NCBI RefSeq assembly: GCF_964194155.1
Contig: NC_135898.1
Span: 13,392,001 to 13,456,000, forward strand
Reading direction: 5' to 3'
DNA length: 64,000 nucleotides
Source: Cetorhinus maximus
Taxonomy: Eukaryota
This document shows positions 51,192 through 64,000 of the stretch, piece by piece; position 1 is the stretch's first letter; every line of letters starts with the position of its first letter. A program made the translations under genes and the position numbers. The notes beneath the pieces were generated by a model that was not told the origin of the DNA, did not search any database, and saw only the letters and a program-made list of their open reading frames with translations.

Positions 51192-52299
51192 ACGGATCTT
51201 TTTTCGAATGGCAGGCAGTGACTAATGGGGTACCGCAGGAATCAGTGCTGGGGCCCCAACTATACACTATATTGATTTAGATGAGGGAACTAAATGTAAT
51301 ATCTCCAAATTTGCAGATGACACAAAGCTGGGTGGGAGGGTGAGCTGTGAGGATGCAGAGATGCTTCAGTGTGATTTGGACAAGCTGAGTGAATGTGCAA
51401 ATGCATGGCAGATGCAGTATAATGTGGATAAATGTGAGGTTATCCACTTTGATAGCAAAAACAGGAAGGCAGGTTATCTGAATGGCTATAAATTGAGAGG
51501 GGAATGTGCAACGAGACCTGGGTGGCCTCATACACCAGTCGAAGGTAAGCATGCAGGTGCAGCAGGCAGTAAAGAAGGCAAATGGTATGTTGTCCTTCAT
51601 AGCCAGAGGATTCGAGCACAGCAGGGATGTCTTGCTGCAATTATACAGGCCCTTGGTGAGACCACACCTGGAATATTGTGTACAGTTTTGGTCTCCTTAT
51701 CTGAGGAAGGATGTTCTTGCTATAGAGGGAGTGCAGTGAAGGTTTACCAGACTGATTCCTGGGATGCCGGGACTGACATATGAGGAGAAATTGAGTCGGT
51801 TAGGATTATATTTGCTGGAGTTCAGAAGAGGGGAGAATCTCATAGAAACCTATAAAATTCTAACAGGACTAGACAGAGTAGATGCAGGATGTTCCCAATG
51901 GTGGGGGAGTCCAGAGCCAGTGGTCACAGTCTGAGGATACGGGGTAGACCATTTAGGACCGAGATGAGGAGAAATTTCTTCACCCAGAGAGTGGTGAACC
52001 TGTGGAATTCGCTACCACAGAAAATAGTTGAGGCCAAAACATTGTGTTTCCAAGAAGGAGTTAGATATAGCTCTCGGGGTGAAAGGGATCAAAGGATATG
52101 GGGAGAAAGCGGGAGCAGGCTATCGAATTGGATGATCAGCCATGATGATGATGAATGGTGGAGTAGGCTCGAATGGCCTACTCTTGCTCCTATTTTCGAT
52201 GTTTCTATGCAGCCTTACTCTTAAGTGGAAAAACCTATGATACAAACTACCAACTGTCCGAGTAAACGTCTCTCTCAATTAGAGTAATATTATAAAGAC

Positions 52300-52305
52300 T
52301 TTATT
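52300..52305 (-). terminator. Probable CIAO1 polyadenylation signal
   Basis: TTTATT on + (AATAAA on -) about 470 nt past the CIAO1 stop, just before the CR1 tail. Confidence 0.55.
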
Positions 52306-52777
52306 CACAGTTCCTTGAGAATGCACACATACCACAATATGGAGAGGAAGAATTCCTGGCTTTTGATTGAGAGCTTCAAGAATCTATCACATTTAAGTGC
52401 ACACAATTTTCTCCAAAGTAACAGATGCATGAATGAATAATGTATTTGCAATTTACTGTAATTGCTCCAATGCCCCCTGTTTAAATGCAGGCCTAAATCT
52501 ATTGACAAGTAGTTCTAAGCTGAGCAGTACTTTTAATTGCCTTTCAAAAAAAAAAGTACAAACAAATCGATGTTTGTTGAACTGTTAAGCACCACACAGC
52601 ATTTACTAGCAGGCAGAACATAACCACAAAGTGGTAAGATAATTAGTGCAAATGTGAAAATGGTTACATGAAGTAGTCATGGTGATTAATTCCAAGACTG
52701 GACAGTTAGTGTGCAATGCAATGCAGTTGTTGAGAATGCTGGCATTGTCATGTAGAACAACTCGGTAGTCGTTTGTA

Positions 52778-55700
52778 CTAATCTTCAAACTCATATCTCC
52801 AGATAGTTATGTCTCCATCATCACTGCATGATGCCAACAACCCTGCTTGCTTTGGGTTCCACGCCACGCAGTTGACATCCTGAGTGTGTGCCTTTGGAAC
52901 GTGTGCCGTGAGTGAAAACGTGGGTTGGTGTGGGTCCGAGCCAGGATCCTCCTCAAATATCCTGATTGCATCATCACCGCATGCAGTTGCAATAGCACCA
53001 GTCATGTGGCACCTGAAATAGATGAGGGAATGTCAACAGATTAGAGAAGCTGGGGTTATTCACAAGATGGTCTAACAAGATTTGATGGGGGTGTTCAAAA
53101 TGAAGGGTTTCAATAGAGTAAATACAGAGCAACTGTTTTCAGTGACAGATCGGTCAGAGGACATAGATTTAAGGTGATTGGTGAACGAGGCAACATAAAG
53201 GGACTTTTTTTTTCTTGCACTGAGTTGTCATCTGGCAGCAGCAGATTCAATAGTATCAACTGGATAAATCTTTGAAGGAAGGAAAAAAAATTACAGGGTC
53301 TGGGGAAAGAACAGGGAAGTGCAATTAAGTGGACAGCTCTACCAAAGAGAGCCAGGATACATACCACGGCCCAAATGGCATCCTCCTGTGCTGTATCATT
53401 TTATGAGCAATCTAATTACACATATCAGTCAAAGGAGGGTGGCACTTATGTCATAATCTTTAAAGTATTTTAAATATGGGGAACCAACGGAATGATGACT
53501 TTGAACTTACCACGATATGTCATAGATGGGGCGTGTGTGAAACCCAGATAGGGTGCAGATGCACTTCCAGGCCAGATCTGATCCACTGCATACCACACCT
53601 GCACAAAAAAGAAAATTGCATCGAACCTCATTGAAACTGTCACTGCACAAGGCATCAACATGTAGTGGAATTCTTTTCTTAAAGGCAAACAGCAGAAACA
53701 ATTTTCAGTGGTTCTGATTGAAATCTTATTTACCTGAAACAAAATGTGGTATTTGTCCCACTACATTTCAGCATCATTAATCACACTGAATGCTATTTCA
53801 ACACTAAACAGGATGACACTTGCATGACGAATGATACCGAATGATATTTCAGCAGTAATACGCTCCTAATGCTGTGACATAATTCTGTCAAGTGCTGGAA
53901 TGCTTTGATCTTCTGCATATTGACTCAAAAACTATCTTAACTATGACCAGTTTCCTTGCAGCAGAACTATTTTAAGTTTTAATGTCCAGGCTCCTGTTTA
54001 TCAGCCATTTGTTTTTTTTGCAAAAGTGATTACGTTTTACTTAAGAACTGAAAAGGGGCAAGAGCTGGTGGTAGGTTTAATGGTAGCAGGGTGGCAATAC
54101 AAATATATCAGTTTGTGTGACAGCACATTTGCAAACAGGTTCAGATAGCAGAAGGCCATCTGGGCTACTGGGATTAGATCAATCAAATGGGTCACACTTC
54201 ATCCTTTTGTAGGATCAACTGAAGAATACAAAAGGGCCATACTGTGCCCGGTTCAGCTTCTTTACCTTGTTCATTGCCAGGCCTGTATGCTTTCCAGATT
54301 TTCAGAGTTTTGTCATCACTGCAAGATACCAAGCACTCCCCTGTTTTATCAAAAGCAATACTCCAAACTGTCGACTCATGACCTTCAAGAGTGTTGACAC
54401 AGACCCAGTCATCATCTTCCTCCTTGTACAGCTTAATGCTGTTATCATAGCTTCCGGAAGCCAGGAGCTAGTGTTGAATTCAGAAATATACATTTAAGCT
54501 TACATAATAATTTAGAGTTATAAAGTACTGACTACAATGCATCACATGAAAAGGTCCATCTGACTCTGGCTCACTGCCTACATAATACACAACAATATTC
54601 CAACCCACATCAATATTCCATCCCACATGAAAAAGCATGGATACTGCAAATAGAAAAGTAAGGCAGTGTGGAATGTAGGTGTGGTGGTCCTTGGAAACTC
54701 TTACCTCTCCATTTGGGTGCCAGATTACATGTTTGACATCCTGGGTATGAGCATTCAGTACGCTCACACACTCATAATCATCTTCCTCATCCACTAAAAT
54801 GCAAAGTAGAAAAGTCAGCAACAGTTTCTGAAGCAGAGACCTCACTCCACTGGACTGAGCTGTAATGCTGCAGCCCAGTGGCTACTAATTTTGGAATGTC
54901 AGGGTACATAGCAAGCACACAGTTTACAAAATATACATGGCAATTTGGTTTATTACTAGTCTTTAATGAGAGGATATGTAGGAATACATCAAACCAGGAA
55001 TAGGTCATGCATCAGTCCCTTGATCTTGGGAGTGCCATTCAATCAGATCATGGTTGATTGGTATGCGACTCCAGTGACCTGCCTGCATCATTACTCCTCA
55101 ATATCTTTACTTAACAAAAATCTATTAATCTCGAATATACGAATTAGGAACAGGAGTCTGCCACTCGGCCCTTCGAATCTGCTCTACCATCAGTAAGATC
55201 ATGGCTGATCTGATTTTAACATCAACTCCACATTCCTGCCTACCCCCAATAATCTTTCATCCCCTTGATTATCAATATTTACTTCTGCCTTAACAATATT
55301 CAAAGACTCTGCTTCCACCGCCTTTTGAGGAAGACAGTTCCAAAGATTCACGACCTTCAGAGGAAAAATTTCTCATCGTCTCGGTCTTAAATGGGCGACC
55401 CCCTTATTTTTAAAACGTGACCCCTAGTTTTAGATTCTCCCACAAAAGGAAACATCCTTTCCACATCCATCCTGTCAAGACCCGTCAGGATCTTCTATGT
55501 TTCAATCAAGTCTTCTTGTACGCTTCTAAACTCCAGCGGATACAAGTCGAGTCTATCCAGCCTTTCGTCATACGACAACACACCCGTTCCAGACATTAGT
55601 CTAGTAAACCTCTGAACTGCTTCCAACATATTTACATCCTTCATGAAATAAAGAGATCTCAGTCTGAAACATTCCAATTGACTCAACGTCCACACCTTTT

Positions 55701-58700
55701 AGGGGAATAGAAAGTTACACATTTATACTACGCTGTATGCGGCTAAATGCTTCCTGGTCTTACTCCAAAATGACTTGATTCTAGCATAACTTGCTCATAT
55801 TTCAGTCCTGGAGGATAAATGTCAAAATCCCATTAGCTTCTCTGATACTTTTTGGACCTGCATTGGAACTTTGAGTGATTGATGTGCACCAGGCTTGTCC
55901 AACCTTTCACTTGGGTTGGGAGGCGCAGTTTCGTTTTTTTCGTACACAATGGGCAATTGAGCAAATTTCAGAAAGATAAGGTTTGGCACAACGTCAATCA
56001 GGAATTTCAAAATAAAACTAAGGTATGAAGCAAAGAAACAACTTGCTGAGCATAAATAAAGCATTGTCAGAGCAATAAATTTATAATAAAAAAAAACAAT
56101 TAATAAAGATGAACATTAGAGTGTGAGAGGGACAGAATCTGTTTGTCTGGCTCACTCCCAATCTCTTGATAATCACCAGTTTGTGTATGGGGGTGAGAGA
56201 GAGTGGGAATCCTGACACTGCGAGCAAGCCACACACACAAACACACACTCACCCCACTCCCACACCCCCCCTCCTCTCCCTCTCTCCCACACCCCACCTC
56301 CTCTCCCTCTCTCCCACACGCCCCTTTCCTCTTCCTCTCTCCCACACGCCCCTTTCCTCTTCCTCTCTCCCACACGCCCCTTTCCTCTTCCTCTCTCCCA
56401 CACGCCCCTTTCCTCTTCCTCTCTCCCACACGCCCCTTTCCTCTTCCTCTCTCCCACACGCCCCTTTCCTCTTCCTCTCTCCCACACGCCCCTTTCCTCT
56501 TCCTCTCTCCCACACGCCCCTTTCCTCTTCCTCTCTCCCACACGCCCCTTTCCTCTTCCTCTCTCCCACACGCCCCTTTCCTCTTCCTCTCTCCCACACG
56601 CCCCTTTCCTCTTCCTCTCTCCCACACGCCCCTTTCCTCTTCCTCTCTCCCACACGCCCCTTTCCTCTTCCTCTCTCCCACACGCCCCTTTCCTCTTCCT
56701 CTCTCCCACACGCCCCTTTCCTCTTCTTCTCTCCCACACGCCCCTTTCCTCTTCTTCTCTCCCACACCCCCCCTCATCTCCCAATGCCCCCCTCCTCTCC
56801 CACACCACCCCCTCCTCTCCCACACCTCCCCCTCCTCTCCCACACCCCCCCTCCTCCTCCTCTCCCACACCCCCCTCCTCCTCTCCCACACCCCCCTCCT
56901 CCTCTCCCACACCCCCCTCCTCCTCTCCCACACCCCCCTCCTCCTCTCCCACACCCCCCTCCTCCTCTCCCACACCCCCCTCCTCCTCTCCCACACCCCC
57001 CTCCTCCTCTCCCACACCCCCCTCCTCCTCTCCCACACCCCCCTCCTCCTCTCCCACACCCCCCTCCTCCTCTCCCACACCCCCCCCCTCCTCTCCCACA
57101 CCCCCCTCCTCCTCTCCCACACCCCCCTCCTCCTCTCCCACACCACCCCCCTCCTCTCCCACACCACCCCCCTCCTCTCCCACACCACCCCCCTCCTCTC
57201 CCACACTCCCCCCCTCCTCTCCCACACTCCCCCCTCCTCTCCCACACTCCCCCCTCCTCTCCCACACTCCCCCTTCCTCTCCCACACTCCCCCCTCCTCT
57301 CCCACACTCTCCCCTCCTCTCCCACACTCCCCCCTCCTCTCCCACACTCCCCCCTCCTCTCCCACACCACCCCCCTCCTCTCCCCCACACCACCCCCTCC
57401 TCTCCCCCACTCCCCCCCCTCCTCTCCCACTACCCCCCCTCCTCTCCCACACTACCCCCCTCCTCTCTCACACTCCCCCCCATCCTCTCCCACACTCCCC
57501 CCACTCCTCTCCCACACTCCCCCCCCTCCTCTCCCACACTCCCCCCCCTCCTCTCCCACACTCCCCCCTCCTCTCCCACACCCCACCCTCCTCTCCCACA
57601 CCCAACGCGCCCCCCACCTCTCCCACACCCAATGCGCCCCCCACCTCTCCCACACCCAATGCGCCCCCCACCTCTCCCACACCCAATGCGCCCCCCCCAC
57701 TTCTCCCACACCCAACCCCCCCAGCCTCTCCCACACCCAACCCCCCCCACACCCAACCACCCCCCCATCTCTCCCACACACCCCCCTCCTCTCCCACACC
57801 CCCCCCTCCTCTCCCACACCCCCCCCTCCTCTCCCACACCCCCCCCTCCTCTCCCACACGCCCCCCCCCCCTCCTCTCCCACACCTCCCCCCCTCCTCTC
57901 CTACACCCCATATCCCACACGCCCCCCCCTCCTCTCCCACCCCCCCCCTCCTCTCCCACACCCCCCCTCCTCTCCCACACCCAACGCGCCCCCCACCTCT
58001 CCCACACCCAACGCGCCCCCCACCTCTCCCACACCCAACGCGCCCCCCACCTCTCCCACACCCAATGCGCCCCCCACCTCTCCCACACCCAATGCGCCCC
58101 CCACCTCTCCCACACCCAATGCGCCCCCCACCTCTCCCACACCCAATGCGCCCCCCCACTTCTCCCACACCCAATGCGCCCCCCCACCTCTCCCACACCC
58201 AATGCCCCCCCACCTCTCCCACACCCAACCCCCCCAGTCTCTCTCACACTCAACCCCTCCCACACCCAACCCCCCCCCCCCAACCTCTCCCACACCCAAC
58301 CCCCAACCTCTCCCACACTGCCCTCCTCTCCCACCCACCCCCACTAGCCCTCTTTCCCCGACTCTCTCTGCCATACCACTGGGCAGACAGTCTCTTAACC
58401 CTTACCATTCCTGCCTGCACCACCACTTCCAGCTCTTCAGGGCCGGCATCCTTTCTTTCTCTTTCCCAACCCCCAATACCTGTCTTTCCGAAGCACACTT
58501 GCTGCCGCAGTGTTGCTGCTCCTGCAATCACATACTGCTTCTCTCCCATATTTATGAGCAGCAAACAAGGGAGAGAATTACTCTGTGATTGGAGGAGGGG
58601 TTCAGAACTTCAGAATCCTCCACTCCACTTACCAGCATTTTGAAAACTGCCTCCGGGGGCTACATTGCAGGGCTTCACAGGCCACGTCCGGTGCTTGGGC

Positions 58701-60196
58701 CGTGCTTTGGACAACGCTGGTGTACACGGCTACACAAATTCCTTTGCTTCACACAGCTTGAGGCCTCTCACAGTTTAGAAAGTCCTCTGTTTTGCAATTC
58801 TTGGACCCAAAATGTTTGACCTTGTACTTCCCAGCATAATGAATCCGTCTGCCAGTTCTTTACACTCATAACCTGCCTTTGTCGCTATGTAACTTTCTCC
58901 TCTCATCTACAAATTTATTTTCTTACTTGGTGTCACATGTAGATTATACAACCTTTTACCCAAATCATTGATACATATGGTGATTTCCAGGGCTCACCTG
59001 CACTGACAGAAAAATCTCACCATTGTATTGCATAGAATTATAGAAATTTACATCATGCAAAGAGGCCATCTGGCCTATCTGCAGCAGGTGATAAGGAGCT
59101 ATCTCACCTAATGCCACTTCAGGGGATTAGGCTACATCTTTAGCTCCTTCTTAGTCACTTCAAGTGCATAACCATGTACTTTGAAATGGTATGAATTTCT
59201 GCCTCTGCCACCCTTTCAGACAGATGTCGCAGGTTGTTTACAGGCAGTCTTTTAGAAGAGGGATTACTTGACTAAATATTCTCTCACCTTCCCAAACCCA
59301 CACACTTTTATCCCGGCTGCACGTTGCCAGGAGACTGCCAGATGGAGCCCAGGCGACAGACTTCACTTCATTCTCATGTCCTTCCAGAGTTGTCAAAAGC
59401 TGTCAAAAGAAAACACTCGGCCTGAGCATCGAACAATCAGAGCCCATACAGGATCCATCGCAGCGACCAGTTTACAGATAAACCAACATGAATCACATAA
59501 GCAATAAAACCATTCACCTTGCTTGGTGCCAAATTGATCGGTCAAAGAAAGGTTGAACAAGTTGGGACCAAATCCACAGGAGGTTAGAGGAACCGAAAAG
59601 GTGATCTTATTGAAACACATAAGATCCTGAGGGGATTCGAGAGGGTGGATAGCGGGAGGACGTTTCCGCTTGGGGGAGGGGGGGGGGGAGGATACTAAGA
59701 GCTCGGAGCCGCATTTTTGCGGGGCACAATGCAAGTACTCAGCCTAGCTCAGGGTCCTGGCAGCAAGGCATCAAATTAGGGGTGCGCTACCTCAAAGTCA
59801 CCCTCCTTCTTCCTCCAGATACAGGTGGTCGCATCGAAGCTGACCGAAGCCAGGTAGTTGCCGCAGGGCGACCAGGCGACCTTCCGCACGGTCCGCTGGT
59901 GCCCATCCTCCAACAGACACTTGCACAGCCAGGACGGCCCTGGAAAAAGAAAGCGAGAGAGACGGGATAATTAAATGGGTCCAGGCCCCGTATGACCCGG
60001 CCCGGCCCCGCACACTGGTTGTATCCTCCACCCCTCCCCCCACGAACTCGCTCGCACCTTCTCTGGCCCAAATGCGCACAGCCCGATCGCCTCCACACGA
60101 AGCCAGCAGCGTCCCACTCGGGCTCCAAGCCACAAACCAGGCCCGGGAATCAGGATGCGCCGAGAAGCGCAACTCGAACGCCAACCGTCGCTTCAT
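52778..60196 (-). CDS. CIAO1: Cytosolic iron-sulfur assembly component 1 (WD40 protein), 7 coding exons, 337 aa
   Basis: [38 protein letters not shown]... [20 protein letters not shown]... [13 protein letters not shown]... [13 protein letters not shown]...WRYEFED*. Minus-strand exons: 60196-60058, 59939-59791, 59399-59288, 54793-54705, 54467-54266, 53598-53511, 53012-52778. Total 1014 nt, GT-AG introns, in frame. Confidence 0.97.
54975..55680 (-). mobile_element. CR1 3' fragments in CIAO1 intron 3
   Basis: Minus frame [11 protein letters not shown]...[16 protein letters not shown]...DLIET, followed by CR1 3' UTR-like sequence. Confidence 0.7.
55890..58719. mobile_element. Non-autonomous hAT-type DNA transposon carrying a 2.1 kb minisatellite
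   Basis: Terminal inverted repeats CAGGCTTGTCCAA ... TTGGACAACGCTG, and 8-bp flanks ATGTGCAC / GTGTACAC (6/8 match). Subterminal homology to the 32420 element (GAAAGATAA, AAAGAAACAACTTGCTGAG). Confidence 0.75.
56240..58345. repeat. C-rich compound minisatellite built on CTCTCCCACAC
   Basis: About 16 near-perfect 28-bp units (56310-56760), then 21-bp units, then about 27-bp CCCAATGCGCCCCCCAC units. Confidence 0.95.
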
Positions 60197-60509
60197 CACC
60201 TCGCGCGGGTTCGAAGCCCGCCTCCGTCCCCTGTGATTGATTGGAAGACCGACCCGGAGCCGATTCCTATTGGCGGATATGTACGCCAATCAGACAACAA
60301 GGCGACCAATCGGGAACCCGCGGTGGCCGCACTCTCACCGACGTCACATCCGATGTGAGTGGGGTCCGTTTCGTCGGAAACAGGACGTTGCGCCCGGCTG
60401 GGAGGTCGTTTTGGTTTTGTTTTAGACTATCGGTCGGTTTCCTCCTCCTCCCCCCCCACCGAGATTTGAGCGATTCGTCGTTTGTTCGTGGGCCGGGACG
60501 GGAGGTAGA
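60197..60509. promoter_or_regulatory. Bidirectional CpG-island promoter shared by CIAO1 and TMEM127
   Basis: 313 bp between divergent ATGs. ATTGG at 60240 and 60269, CCAAT at 60286 and 60306, CRE-like GACGTCAC at about 60340. Confidence 0.8.
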
Positions 60510-63742
<3,233 letters not shown>

Positions 63743-64000
63743 GTATCAGGACACATCACTATTTTCTCATCTTAAATCTCACTTCACTTGACTCTTGGAA
63801 CTTGTCCCTTCTGTTCAGTGAAATTCTTCATCTCGAACAGCTGCCTCCAACCCCTGGTCATCCTTGCAGTTCTGCTCGTACTTGGGGCCAGAAACTACGG
63901 TTATCCCAAAGATACAAGTCTGTTGGTTGCTGTGCTCACTTGCTCCTTCCTGATGGATGACAAGAGACCTTCTTGCAGGGGTTGGAGTTCTCAACTGTGT

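Larger units (their letters stand above)
47020..52210 (+). mobile_element. Decayed CR1-clade LINE ORF2 (APE + RT), interrupted by Penelope
   Basis: Fragments LKALCL.ARSI.NK, MGDFN, GMSDH, KSPGPD, DFQKAF, FADD, RPHLEYCVQFWSP with stops and frameshifts. Tail TTTCTATG at about 52202. Confidence 0.9.

Noticed and set aside
51192-51267. Apparent N-terminus of the 369-aa Penelope RT ORF
   Set aside because: These codons are antisense CR1 sequence across the insertion junction; the element is 5'-truncated.
56310-56760. Regular 28-bp repeats resembling a CRISPR array
   Set aside because: Units are contiguous with no unique spacers, the context is eukaryotic and there are no cas genes.
56100-58643. 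Long Pro/His-rich and Gly/Glu/Arg-rich ORFs (up to 825 aa) in many frames
   Set aside because: They arise from a stop-free minisatellite inside a CIAO1 intron and are open on both strands; there is no evidence of coding.
52778-59400. CIAO1 pseudogene suspicion from the fragmented ORF track
   Set aside because: All seven exons were found with correct phases and no stops.
60197-60289. N-terminal extension of CIAO1 in the ORF track
   Set aside because: It begins at TTG within a CCAAT box; the homologous start is the ATG at 60196.

Overview
Eukaryotic genomic DNA from a vertebrate, most likely a cartilaginous fish (shark), judging by its DeuSINE/SacSINE1-like, CR1 and Penelope repeats. It holds three intact spliced genes in the known vertebrate order: SNRNP200/BRR2 (+, 45 coding exons, 5830-44501, 2138 aa), CIAO1 (-, 7 coding exons, 60196-52778, 337 aa) and TMEM127 (+, 3 coding exons, 60510-63742, 237 aa). 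CIAO1 and TMEM127 share a short CCAAT-rich bidirectional promoter. The non-coding DNA is rich in transposons: two Penelope-like elements (RT plus GIY-YIG, one nested in a CR1), CR1 and L2-like LINE pieces, DeuSINEs, solo-LTR-like repeats and two non-autonomous hAT elements, one carrying a 2.1 kb internal minisatellite. The most notable signal is a family of short Penelope-tail elements carrying minimal hammerhead-ribozyme motifs, with at least 8 loci including the two long elements. Several are arranged as intronic fold-back palindromes. Exon boundaries were read by eye from GT-AG sites and reading frame; no database search was run.
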